DNA of 64,000 nucleotides, taken from contig CAWHZT010000017.1 in the NCBI GenBank assembly GCA_963833925.1, positions 285,041 to 349,040 on the forward strand, in the 5' to 3' direction. This stretch comes from an uncultured Actinomycetota bacterium. Its GTDB lineage: Bacteria > Actinomycetota > Actinomycetes > Propionibacteriales > Propionibacteriaceae. The notes beneath the pieces are model-generated. The model was not told the origin of the DNA and searched no databases. It saw nothing but the letters and a program-made list of their open reading frames with translations. Of this stretch, positions 1 through 8,691 are shown in pieces. The position numbers and the translations under genes were made by a program. Position 1 is the first letter of the stretch. Each line of letters starts with the position of its first letter.

Positions 1-27
1 GATCTCGATCGTGGTCGGGGCCGTGAG

Positions 28-242
28 GTGAGTTACACCAGCATCGTGTGCGTGACCGTGCGGTGTGACGGCTGCGGACGGGCGTTGGAGTTCGACACCG
101 AGGAGACCGCTGCACTACCCGACCCGGTCCCAAGCGGCCAGCGCCGCGGCCGGCTGCGGCTGGCTGATCAGCAGGCAGTTCCAGTACTGCGAGGCGTGCG
201 GACAGGCTCGCACCCGATGCGGCGACGAGCGGGGCTGGTTGA
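28..242 (+). pseudogene. Small Cys-rich (CxxC...GW...CxxC) putative Zn-binding AICE protein, split by indels
   Basis: Frame 1 gives VRCDGCG..EFDTEET, frame 2 continues LHYPTRSQAASAAAGCGWLISRQFQYCEACG; TGA at 240-242 overlaps the next ATG at 242. Confidence 0.45.
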
Positions 243-1678
243 TGTTGGCCACGGGGACGTTACCGGCGCCGGTCCAAGATCAGGTGCCGGGCGCGGTTGC
301 GTCGGTCGGATCTGGGTCGGTGGCTGGGCCAGGTCGCAGCAGGTCGGCCACTGTGCCCATCCGATCCGGGTCGTCGGCTCCTCCGACACGATCAACCCGG
401 TGACTGGTGAAGTGCTGTCGTCGTACTCCTCGAGTACGGAGCCGGATGCGGTGACGTATCTGCGGTGCGGGAACCGGCGCCGGGCGGTGTGTGAGTCGTG
501 CTCGTACCAGTACCAGGGCGACGTGTATCACGTGATCATGGCCGGCGCCGCCGGCGGCATGAAAGACGTGCCCGCCGAGATCGTGTCGCATCCGTTGGTG
601 TTCGCCACGTTGACCGCACCCTCGTTCGGGCCGGTCCACACGGCGAAGAAGGCTGGGAAGAGTGGTAGCCGCCGCTGTCGGCCCCGCTCCGGCGACGCTC
701 GGATGGTGTGCCCGCATGGCCGTCCCCGGTGGTGCATGGCCGTCCATCAGCACACCGACAGTTTCGTCGGCCAACCCCTGTGCGTTGAGTGCTACGACTA
801 TATCGGCCACCTCGTCTGGCAGTGGCACGCGCCGGAGCTGTGGCGACGGTTCACGATCGGGCTGCGGCGGCTGATCGCTGGCCATCTTGGTCTGTCCGAG
901 TCGGCGTGCCGGGCATTGGTGCGGGTCCAGTTCGCGAAGGTGGCCGAGTTCCAACGGCGCGGGGTCGTCCATTTCCATGCCCTGATCCGGCTCGACGGTC
1001 AACCGACACCCGATCAGCCGTTCCCGCCGCCGGCCGTCGAGCTGACCGCCGAGCTGCTCGCCGATCTCGTGGTCCGGGCGGCCGCCCAGGTCTCCTGCGA
1101 AGCGTCACCGGTCGACAGCAGCGATGTGCCCCGTCGGCTCCGGTTCGGCGCCCAGCTGGACGCCCGTCCGGTCCACGACCAGGCCGACCGGGATGACACG
1201 ACCGGTGCCGGGTTGCATCCGGAAACCGTGGCGGCGTATGTCGCGAAGTACGCCACCAAAGCCGCAGCCGACCTCGCGGCCGGGGACAGCGGCGCCAATC
1301 CGCATCTGTGGCGGCTCAAGTCCGTGGCGGCTGGTTTGGCGTTGCGGGCCGGCCTGGCCGGGCTGACCGGTCCGGATGGTGCCGTACAAGGGTTGGGGTC
1401 GGTGGGTCGACATGCTCGGCTTCCGTGGCCATTTCGCGTCGAAGTCGCGCCGGTACTCGACCACCCTCGGCCGGCTCCGCCAGGCCCGGCGTGACCACAC
1501 CCGCCGCCGCCACCTCGAGCAACAACAGCCCGCCGAGTGGGCCGATGACGACCAGGAGCTCGACGAGCTCGAGCCGACGCTGGTGGTCGGGTCGTGGCGG
1601 TTCGCCGGCATCGGCTGGCTCACCATGGGTGATGCCGCGTTGGCGGCTGCGTCTGCTGCCCGGGCCCGGGACGACTGA
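242..1678 (+). pseudogene. repSA: RepSA-type rolling-circle replication initiator, frameshifted (~285, ~338, ~1381)
   Basis: Motifs GHCAHPIR, RCGNRRRAVCESCS, VFATLTAPSFGPVH, EFQRRGVVHFH (HUH), YVAKYATK in ORF 28..1494; C-terminus MLGFRGHFASKSRRYSTT...WRFAGIG lies in ORF 1376..1678. Confidence 0.85.
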
Positions 1679-1721
1679 CCCGGCCCACGCCTGACCGTTG
1701 CGGACTGGCGAGCGGACCACA

Positions 1722-1865
1722 GCTCGGCATCCCCCGATAACCAGCCCGCATGTGGTCGGAGGTCCGGTGGTCAAGGGTGAGCGCAGCGAATCACGCAGTG
1801 ACGCCGTAGGCGCCCTTGAGGACCGGTCCGGAGACCCAACAGTTCCAAGTCGGGGGATGCCGAGC
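1722..1865. other. Large nested stem-loop between repSA and xis (candidate single-strand origin or ssDNA structure)
   Basis: Perfect 16-bp IR GCTCGGCATCCCCCGA (1722-1737) / TCGGGGGATGCCGAGC (1850-1865) encloses CCGGT..TCAAGGG / CCCTTGA..ACCGG. Confidence 0.6.
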
Positions 1866-1892
1866 ACCCAACCAGGCAGAGAGGCGACGACT

Positions 1893-2084
1893 ATGTGCCA
1901 TCGACATGATCCGTTGTGGACGACGGATGATCTTGCTACGTATCTTGCGGTTCCGGTGCAGACGATCTATGACTGGCGGTCTCGTGGGTACGGTCCTCCT
2001 GGTCTTCGTCTGGGCCGTCATCTGCGGTTTCGGGAGTCGGACGTGTTTGAGTGGCTGGACCAGTTGACGCGGCCGGCTGCGTGA
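1893..2084 (+). CDS. xis: Excisionase (Xis), MerR-like/HTH_17 DNA-binding protein
   Basis: LWTTDDLATYLAVPVQTIYDWRSRGYGPPGLRLGRHLRFRESDVFEWL; directly upstream of the integrase. Confidence 0.88.
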   Translation: MCHRHDPLWTTDDLATYLAVPVQTIYDWRSRGYGPPGLRLGRHLRFRESDVFEWLDQLTRPAA

Positions 2085-2087
2085 GTT

Positions 2088-3296
2088 GTGGCTCGGCGCC
2101 GGCTGTCCCCTGGTGAGTGGGGTGAGGTGTCGGTTACCCGCTCGTCGGATGGCTCGATGTTCCGAGCTCGGGTGCGGTTCCGTGACTTCGACGGTGTGCT
2201 GCGGCCGGTGGAGCGTGCGGCTCGGACGGAGTGGGCTGCGCGGTCGGCGTTGAAGGATGCGCTGGTCGAGCGTGCGCGGCGTGGTGCGGGTTCGCTGAGT
2301 GGGACGGACACGTTCGCGGCGGCGGCGGTGTTGTGGCTGGCTCGGATTGAGCGGTTGGCGCGGTTGGGTCAGCGGTCGCCGGGGACGGTGGAGACGTACA
2401 CGCGGCAGTTGAATGGGCACGTGCTTCCGGCGTTGGGTGCTTTGCGGTTGAGGGAGATCACGACGCCGTTGGTCGATCGGTTCGTGACCGATGTTCACGA
2501 GGAGGTCGGGGCGGCGACTGGCCGGACGTGTCGCAGCATCGTGTCGGGCGTGATGGGGTTGGCGGTGCGTCATGGCGCGGTGCTGGCTAATCCGACGCGG
2601 GAGTTGGAGCGGCTGTCGGGTCAGCCTCGCCGGGTTCCTCGTGCGTTGTCGGAGAAGGAGCGGGCGCGGTGGTTCGTGGCGCTGGCGGGTGATGAGCTGG
2701 CGGTGCGCCAGGAGTTGTTCGACTTGTCGGCGTTCCTGCTGGCGACGGGTCTGCGGATCGGTGAGGCGTTGGCCCTGTTGTGGCGTGAGGTGGAGCTCGG
2801 GACGGGGGAGCTCAACGTGACGTCGACTCTGATCCGGGTGACGGGTATGGGGTTGGTGCGGAAGGCGACGAAGTCGCGTGCGGGGGAGCGGGCGTTGCAG
2901 TTGCCTGAGTGGTGCGTGGTCTTGTTGGAGAAGCGGCAGTCGGTGGGTGTCGGGCCGGATGAGCCGGTGTTCGGGACGGTGGATGGCACGTTCCGTGATC
3001 CTCGGAATGTGTCGCGGTGGTTGCGGATGGCGCGGGAGCGTCATGGGTTCGAGGATTGGGCGACGTTTCATGCGTGGCGGAAGACGACGGCGACGGTGCT
3101 GGACGAGGGTGGGGCTACGGCGCGGATGATCGCGGACCAGCTGGGTCATTCGCGGGTGTCGATGACGCAGGACGTGTACCTCGGTCGGCGGGCCAAGGAG
3201 TCGCGGGTGGCGCTGGCTCTGGAGGCGGTCGACCCGACGTTGATCGGGCAAAGTGTGGGGGAATCTGTGGGATCAGAGCCGCCAACGGACGCCTGA
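2088..3296 (+). CDS. int: Tyrosine recombinase / site-specific integrase
   Basis: TGLRIGEALAL (catalytic R), FHAWRKT (HxxR), LGHSRVSMTQDVY (H, Y). Confidence 0.95.
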   Translation: MARRRLSPGEWGEVSVTRSSDGSMFRARVRFRDFDGVLRPVERAARTEWAARSALKDALVERARRGAGSLSGTDTFAAAAVLWLARIERLARLGQRSPGTVETYTRQLNGHVLPALGALRLREITTPLVDRFVTDVHEEVGAATGRTCRSIVSGVMGLAVRHGAVLANPTRELERLSGQPRRVPRALSEKERARWFVALAGDELAVRQELFDLSAFLLATGLRIGEALALLWREVELGTGELNVTSTLIRVTGMGLVRKATKSRAGERALQLPEWCVVLLEKRQSVGVGPDEPVFGTVDGTFRDPRNVSRWLRMARERHGFEDWATFHAWRKTTATVLDEGGATARMIADQLGHSRVSMTQDVYLGRRAKESRVALALEAVDPTLIGQSVGESVGSEPPTDA

Positions 3297-3319
3297 AAGA
3301 GCGTTTCCCCTGGTGAGAG

Positions 3320-3392
3320 AGCTGGCGAGGGGACTCGAACCCCTAACCTGCTGTTTACAAGACAGCTGCGCTACCGATTGCGCCACGCCAGC
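3320..3392 (-). tRNA. tRNA-Thr(TGT), CCA not encoded
   Basis: Reverse complement GCTGGCG-TGGCGCAATCGGTAGCGC-A-GCTGT CTTGTAA ACAGC-AGGTT-AGGGG TTCGAGT CCCCT-CGCCAGC-T folds as a full cloverleaf. Confidence 0.97.
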
Positions 3393-3469
3393 GATGCCCG
3401 GCAAGCGTACCGAAGCCGTGCCGATCGCCGAACCGGATCCAGGGCGCTGCCGTGGGCGGGTATCGGCTG

Positions 3470-4654
3470 TCAGCGCAGTCCGGGGCCGCCGACGAAGAAC
3501 ATGCCCGCGCCCTCGAAGTCGACCTCGTCATCGGCGTACACGAAGGCGGACTGGCCGCGTCCCAGCTCCAGCGACTTGTCGCCGCTGCGGAGCGTCGTCC
3601 GGCCGTCCACCACCAGCACCACCCGGCCGGTCGCTCCGCCCGGGAGCCGACCTCGAAAGCACAGCGACTGATCAACGCGCCAGAGGGCGAACTCCTTGGC
3701 CGGTGCCTGGTACGCGAAGACTCCCGGAACCTCCTCGAGACAGGGGATCGGAGTCGGGCAGGTCGGGGTGAAGTCGAGGACGGTGAGCAGCTCGTGGATG
3801 TCGATGTGCTTCGGGGTGAGCCCCCCGCGCAGCACGTTGTCGGAGTTGGCCATGATCTCGATGCCGCCGCCGCGGAGATAGGCGTGCAGGTCGCCCGGCG
3901 GGAGGTAGATGGCGTCGTATGGCCCGAACTGGACCCGGTTCATCATCAGCGCGGCCAGCACCCCGGGATCGCCCGGGAAGAAGCCGGCCAGCTCGACCGC
4001 GATCGACCCGAAGTCGGCCAGTTCTTCATCGTGGTCGGTGCGCCGCGCGGCCTCGGCGACCTCGTCCACGACGCGTTCCGCCGACTGCGTCCGACCCAGG
4101 TGCAGCAGCCGGGAGAACACCTCGGCCAGCCGCGCTCCGGTACCCTCCCGCAGCGGCTCGACCAGGTCGAGCGCCGATGCCACCCCCAACCGGGCGAACA
4201 GCTCGTAGGTCTCCTTCGGCTCGCGGAAACCGCAGAGCGCTTCGGTCGATTCGAGTGCGCACAGCACCTCCGGCTTCGGCCAGCCGTCGCGGTAGCTGCG
4301 TTCGGCGGCATCGCGCGGCACGCCCAGGGCCTGCTCGCGGTCGTATCCCGCCTGGGCCTGCGCCCGGGTCGGGTGCGCCTGCAGGGACAGCGGCTGCGCC
4401 GCGGCCAGGACCTTCATCAGGAACGGCAACCGGGGCCCGTAGGCCGCCACCGGAGCGGCGCCGACAAGGCGTTCCGGCTCGGCTGCGATCAGCTCGGTCA
4501 GCGGCGTGCCGTCTACCGTGGACGGGTGCAGCGGGTGAGCGCCGAGCCAGAGCTCGGCCTGAGGCTCGCCGGTGGGTTCGACGCCGAGCAGGTCGGGGAT
4601 GACGGTGGTCGAGCCCCATGCGTACGCCTGAATGGTTCCGGTCAGTCGTCGCAT
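3470..4654 (-). CDS. manA: Mannose-6-phosphate isomerase, class I
   Basis: YAWGS, AELWLGAHP, LSLQAHP, LHAYLRG, ANSDNVLRGGLTPKH. Confidence 0.95.
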   Translation of the reverse strand: MRRLTGTIQAYAWGSTTVIPDLLGVEPTGEPQAELWLGAHPLHPSTVDGTPLTELIAAEPERLVGAAPVAAYGPRLPFLMKVLAAAQPLSLQAHPTRAQAQAGYDREQALGVPRDAAERSYRDGWPKPEVLCALESTEALCGFREPKETYELFARLGVASALDLVEPLREGTGARLAEVFSRLLHLGRTQSAERVVDEVAEAARRTDHDEELADFGSIAVELAGFFPGDPGVLAALMMNRVQFGPYDAIYLPPGDLHAYLRGGGIEIMANSDNVLRGGLTPKHIDIHELLTVLDFTPTCPTPIPCLEEVPGVFAYQAPAKEFALWRVDQSLCFRGRLPGGATGRVVLVVDGRTTLRSGDKSLELGRGQSAFVYADDEVDFEGAGMFFVGGPGLR

Positions 4655-4658
4655 GAGC

Positions 4659-5666
4659 TCAGCCGCCCCGCCGGTCGCCGCTCACGGCCGCCTGCCAGCG
4701 ATCCAGGGTTCGCATGCTGCCGAGTGTGCTCGCCCACGGCACCAGCGGCGACTCCACCACGCCGGTTCGCACGCAGCGCATCACCTCCTGTGCCTCGAAG
4801 GTGTAGCCCTGCCCGGGCCACTGCGTGACCATGATTTCCGGCTCGGTGTCTCGATCGGTCACCAAGCGGAGCTCGCCGGGTCGGATGAAGTTCTCGAGCA
4901 CGATCGATCCCGCCGCCCCGAACACCTCCAACCGGGTTGGCAGATTCGTCTCCAGCGAGCAGACGATGGCAGCCGTGGCGGCCGGCCGGTCCCCGCGGGC
5001 CGCATACGTCAGCAGTGCGGCAGCGTGGGTGTCGACGCCGGTGACGCCGTGCGTTCCGAAGCCGGTCAGACCGTCCGGTTCGCCGAGGAACAGGTCCACG
5101 CCGTGCACCGGATAGACGCCGAGGTCGAGGATCGCGCCGCCGGCCTGGTCGGGGTCGAGCAGCCGGTGGGTGGAGTCACCGTCGAAGGCGAAACCGAAGC
5201 TGGCCAGGACGTGACGGACCGCGCCGATTCGTCCTCCGGCGACCAGTTCCACGGCCTTGCGGATCAGGGGATTGGTCCGGGTCCACACGGCTTCCATCAA
5301 GAACGCGTTGCGATCGCGGGCCAGGGCGATCAGCGACTCGGTCTCGGCTGCGGTGACGGTGAGTGGCTTCTCGACCAGGACCGCCTTGCCGGCCTCCAGG
5401 CAGGCCCGGGCCGAAGCGACGTGGTCGTTGTGCACCGATGCCACGTACACGGCATCGATGTCCGGATCGGCGGCCAGCTCCTCGGCCGATCCGTAGGCGC
5501 GGGCGAAGCCATACTCGGCGGCAAACGCCTCGGCCCGTTCGAGCGTGCGAGAACTGACGCCCAGGAGGATGGCCTCGTCGGTCAGCAGGGCGAGGTCCCG
5601 GGCGAACACCGAGGCGATATGGCCGGTGCTCACAATGCCCCAACGGGTACGTTCGGCGACGGTCAT
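4659..5666 (-). CDS. Gfo/Idh/MocA family oxidoreductase
   Basis: RWGIVSTGHIA, VLVEKP, GGAILDLGVYP; start moved to MTVAER. Confidence 0.9.
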   Translation of the reverse strand: MTVAERTRWGIVSTGHIASVFARDLALLTDEAILLGVSSRTLERAEAFAAEYGFARAYGSAEELAADPDIDAVYVASVHNDHVASARACLEAGKAVLVEKPLTVTAAETESLIALARDRNAFLMEAVWTRTNPLIRKAVELVAGGRIGAVRHVLASFGFAFDGDSTHRLLDPDQAGGAILDLGVYPVHGVDLFLGEPDGLTGFGTHGVTGVDTHAAALLTYAARGDRPAATAAIVCSLETNLPTRLEVFGAAGSIVLENFIRPGELRLVTDRDTEPEIMVTQWPGQGYTFEAQEVMRCVRTGVVESPLVPWASTLGSMRTLDRWQAAVSGDRRGG

Positions 5667-5784
5667 CGCCCCATCTAAACCCATCGGTTCGGCTTCGGAG
5701 ATGCCGCTGGTCCGGTGAGACGAAGATCCCAAGAGACGGCGCTGCGAATGACATCGGTGTGGTTCACCGCCTAGGATGGCGCTC

Positions 5785-6093
5785 ATGTCGACAGCTTCGA
5801 GCCCGGAGCGCAGCGCGAGCGGCGCGGTCGGCGAGCTCAACCCACGCGACGCCGAGATCTTGGGGTTCGAGCGTCAGTGGTGGAAGTTCGCGGGCGCCAA
5901 GGAGCAGGCCATTCGCGACAAGTTCGCGATGTCGGCCACCCGGTACTACCAGGTCCTCAACGCGTTGATCGACCAGCCGGAGGCGCTGGCCCACGATCCG
6001 CTGCTGGTGAAACGGCTGCGTCGACTCCGTGCCAGCCGGCAGCGGCAGAGGTCGGCCAAGCGGCTCGGTATCGACCTCAACATCGACGCCTGA
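5785..6093 (+). CDS. DUF3263 family protein
   Basis: ILGFERQWWKFAGAKEQAIR..MSATRYYQVLNALID; TAGGAT -10 lies 7 nt before this ATG (alternative start 5776). Confidence 0.88.
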   Translation: MSTASSPERSASGAVGELNPRDAEILGFERQWWKFAGAKEQAIRDKFAMSATRYYQVLNALIDQPEALAHDPLLVKRLRRLRASRQRQRSAKRLGIDLNIDA

Positions 6094-6160
6094 GCTGTGC
6101 CGGCGGCCGCGGGGTCAGGCGGTCCGCGGAATTCAGAACGGCTGACCACAACAGTCGGGG

Positions 6161-6748
6161 TCAACCGTTCTTGATCTGTCGGGGTCGGTTCAGACGGCGG
6201 ACGATCAGCGTGAACAAGGCCCGGAAACCCGCTCCGATCGAACGGGTCGGCAGGTCGGGGTAGCCCCCGTCGCGGAGACCCGCTCGACGCTCGAAGAAGT
6301 TGCGCGAGGCCCGGTCACCGGTGCGGAGCCAGGACCAGCCGATACAGATCGTGTAGAAGACATAGAACGGAAGCCCGAGGCAGTAGAGGTACTGCCAGGT
6401 GTGCCGTTCCTCGTGCGTCAGCAGCGTCGGAAGCCCGCTGATCAGGTCTTCCCAGGTGCGTGCCGTGGTCGACACGTTGCCGATCGTGAAGGCGCCGGCG
6501 ACCGGGAAGCGGAACCGATAGCCCTCGCCGAGGATCAGGCCGCGGGGGCCCCGCCGGAACGTTGCGCCACCGATCGCGCCGACAGCCAGGCCGAGCAGGG
6601 TGGTCAGGTTGAGGACGTTGCCGACCAGGCGGACCCACTGCCACACGGTCTGCGGGCGGGATGGGGCCAGGGTCGAGATCGGCCCACGAGCGGACGCGGG
6701 CGGGTTCGTGGGCGGGTTCGTGGGCGAGTCTGCGGCGCGCGGGCTCAT
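6161..6748 (-). CDS. Conserved membrane protein with HExxH motif (zincin/DUF4157-like)
   Basis: AGAFTIGNV, LLTHEERHTWQY, NFFERRAGL; hydrophobic segments. Confidence 0.7.
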   Translation of the reverse strand: MSPRAADSPTNPPTNPPASARGPISTLAPSRPQTVWQWVRLVGNVLNLTTLLGLAVGAIGGATFRRGPRGLILGEGYRFRFPVAGAFTIGNVSTTARTWEDLISGLPTLLTHEERHTWQYLYCLGLPFYVFYTICIGWSWLRTGDRASRNFFERRAGLRDGGYPDLPTRSIGAGFRALFTLIVRRLNRPRQIKNG

Positions 6749-6993
6749 GTTCTGAAGGAGTACCACTTCGACGACGTGGATACGCGGAGCGCGAACCTGA
6801 TTTCGCGCGCCGGCGGTCCGCAGATCTGCGTTTTCGAGTCCGTCGGCGCACAAGCGAGGAAATCAGGGTTTCGTCTGTCGAACTGAGTCGACAGACCCGG
6901 AGGAGAGTCCCAGCCGTCTCATCAGGCAGGACAGTGATCCAGCATCCGGACCTCCGCGTGCGGCCTCCCACCTTGCGGCCTAGGCTTGGCGCA

Positions 6994-7106
6994 TCTCATC
7001 AAGAGGGGGACGAGGGATTCGGCCCGTTGACTCCCCGGCAACCGGCCTCCAGACGGACACGGTGCCAACTCCGACTCGACCGAAGGCCGGTCGGGAAAGA
7101 TGACGT
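6994..7106 (+). ncRNA. SAM-I (S-box) riboswitch
   Basis: CTCATCAAGAG..GAGGGA..GGCCC..GA..CCCCGGCAACC..CACGGTGCCAACTCC..GGAAAGATGA matches the SAM-I consensus; ends next to the RBS of the following gene. Confidence 0.9.
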
Positions 7107-7116
7107 GAGGATTGCC

Positions 7117-8403
7117 ATGACCGCCGTGGTCGACACTGAGTTCCCCGCTCCGGCAGGCGTGCGCGCCGGCGCGTTCGGGAACGCTACCCACCTGATCTGT
7201 CGCGCCTGTGGCGCTACGAGCCCGCTCGGCCCGTTTTATGCATGTATGGAGTGCTTCGGTCCACTCGAGGTCGGGTATGCCTACCCGACCATCACCCGAG
7301 CGCAGATCGAGGCGGGGCCCACATCGATCTGGCGATACCAGCCGCTGCTTCCGGTGCCCGCCGACATCGCCACCTTCCGCTCTACCGACCCGGGCTACAC
7401 CCGGCTGCTGGACGCGCGCCGGCTCGCCGACGAGCTCGGACTCAAGCAGCTGTGGGTAAAGGACGACTCCGGCAACCCGACCCACTCCTTCAAGGACCGG
7501 GTCGTCGCAGTCGCACTGTCCGCTGCCCGCGAGCTCGGTCTGCAGGTACTGGCTTGTCCGTCCACCGGCAACCTTGCCAACGCCGTCGCCGCGGCTGCCG
7601 CGCGCGCCGGGATCAAGTCCGTGGTGTTCATCCCCTCCGACCTCGAGCCTCAGAAGATCACCGCATCCGCGATCTATGACACCACCCTGATCGCGATCGA
7701 GGGCAACTACGACGATGTCAACAAGCTGGCCAGCGAGATCGCCGGCGAGGAGGAGGGCTGGGCGTTCGTCAATGTCAACGTCCGGCCGTACTACGCCGAG
7801 GGCTCCAAGACGCTCGCCTTCGAGATCGCCGAGCAGCTCGGCTGGCGGTTGCCCGACCAGATCGTCATCCCGGTGGCGTCGGGATCCCAGCTGACCAAGA
7901 TCGACAAGGGCATCGGCGAGCTGATCAAGCTGGGTCTGGTCGAGGAGAAGCCGGTCAAGATCTTCGGGGCGCAGGCCACCGGATGCTCGCCCGTCGCCCA
8001 GGCGTTCCGCGCGGGCTACGACGTGGTCGCCCCGGTCAAGCCGAGCACCATCGCCAAGTCGCTGGCCATCGGCAATCCGGCTGACGGGCCGTACGTCTTG
8101 GACACCGTCCGTCGAACCGGCGGGGTGATCGCCGACGTGGATGACACGGTGATCGTGGAGAACATCCGCCGGCTCGCCCGGACCGAAGGTGTCTTCGCCG
8201 AGACCGCCGGCGGCGTAACGCTCGGGGTGACGGCCAAGCTGATCGCCGACGGCGTGCTCGACCCGGCCGCCGAGACCGTGATGATCAACTCCGGTGAGGG
8301 CCTGAAGACGCTGGACGCCGTCTCGAGCCTGGTGGGGCCGCGGGTTACGCTGCCGCCGCACTACGACGCGTTCACCGACTTCTGGAAGGACAACAACTCA
8401 TGA
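7117..8403 (+). CDS. thrC: Threonine synthase-like PLP enzyme (possibly O-phosphohomoserine sulfhydrylase)
   Basis: N-terminal CxxC/CxxC, NPTHSFKDR (PLP lysine), STGNLANA, EGSKT. Confidence 0.88.
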   Translation: MTAVVDTEFPAPAGVRAGAFGNATHLICRACGATSPLGPFYACMECFGPLEVGYAYPTITRAQIEAGPTSIWRYQPLLPVPADIATFRSTDPGYTRLLDARRLADELGLKQLWVKDDSGNPTHSFKDRVVAVALSAARELGLQVLACPSTGNLANAVAAAAARAGIKSVVFIPSDLEPQKITASAIYDTTLIAIEGNYDDVNKLASEIAGEEEGWAFVNVNVRPYYAEGSKTLAFEIAEQLGWRLPDQIVIPVASGSQLTKIDKGIGELIKLGLVEEKPVKIFGAQATGCSPVAQAFRAGYDVVAPVKPSTIAKSLAIGNPADGPYVLDTVRRTGGVIADVDDTVIVENIRRLARTEGVFAETAGGVTLGVTAKLIADGVLDPAAETVMINSGEGLKTLDAVSSLVGPRVTLPPHYDAFTDFWKDNNS

Positions 8404-8678
8404 CCGCATCGGTCCGGATCCCCACCATCTTGCGCAGCTATACCGGCGGCGCAAAGGAGGTCGACGCGGACGGATCGACGCTGGCCGAGCTGTTGGAGGC
8501 CCTCGACTCCGCGCACCCCGGCCTGAAGGGTCGCGTGCTGGACGAGAACGGCGCGCTCCGCCGGTTCGTCAACATCTATGTCGGTGACGAGGACGTCCGG
8601 TTCGTCGGAGGTCTCGCGGCACCCGTCGAGGACGGCGCGAAAGTGTCGATCATCCCCGCGGTTGCGGGCGGCTGCTGA
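8400..8678 (+). CDS. MoaD/ThiS/CysO-family ubiquitin-like sulfur carrier protein
   Basis: VRIPTILRSYTGG..LRRFVNIYV..SIIPAVAGGC; ATGA overlap with the ThrC-like gene. Confidence 0.92.
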   Translation: MTASVRIPTILRSYTGGAKEVDADGSTLAELLEALDSAHPGLKGRVLDENGALRRFVNIYVGDEDVRFVGGLAAPVEDGAKVSIIPAVAGGC

Positions 8679-8691
8679 ACGCAGCGACGCC

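Larger units (their letters stand above)
1..3319 (+). mobile_element. Right end of an actinomycete integrative (conjugative) element, AICE-type, integrated at tRNA-Thr(TGT)
   Basis: Gene order repSA-xis-int ends 24 bp from the 3' end of a tRNA gene, the canonical pSAM2-like AICE layout; the left boundary lies outside the window. Confidence 0.85.

Noticed and set aside
1370-1390. Programmed ribosomal frameshift in repSA
   Set aside because: No slippery heptamer, and several other indels nearby favour error or decay
1791-3251. 486-aa antisense ORF opposite the integrase
   Set aside because: R/P/H/Q-rich shadow frame produced by the G/T skew of int; no domain motifs
6661-7116. N-terminal extension of the ThrC-like ORF (and similar extensions of the recQ, MFS 19919, USP, XPB and helD ORFs)
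   Set aside because: Extensions run through the riboswitch, repeats or neighbouring genes; better starts with an RBS or -10 lie downstream
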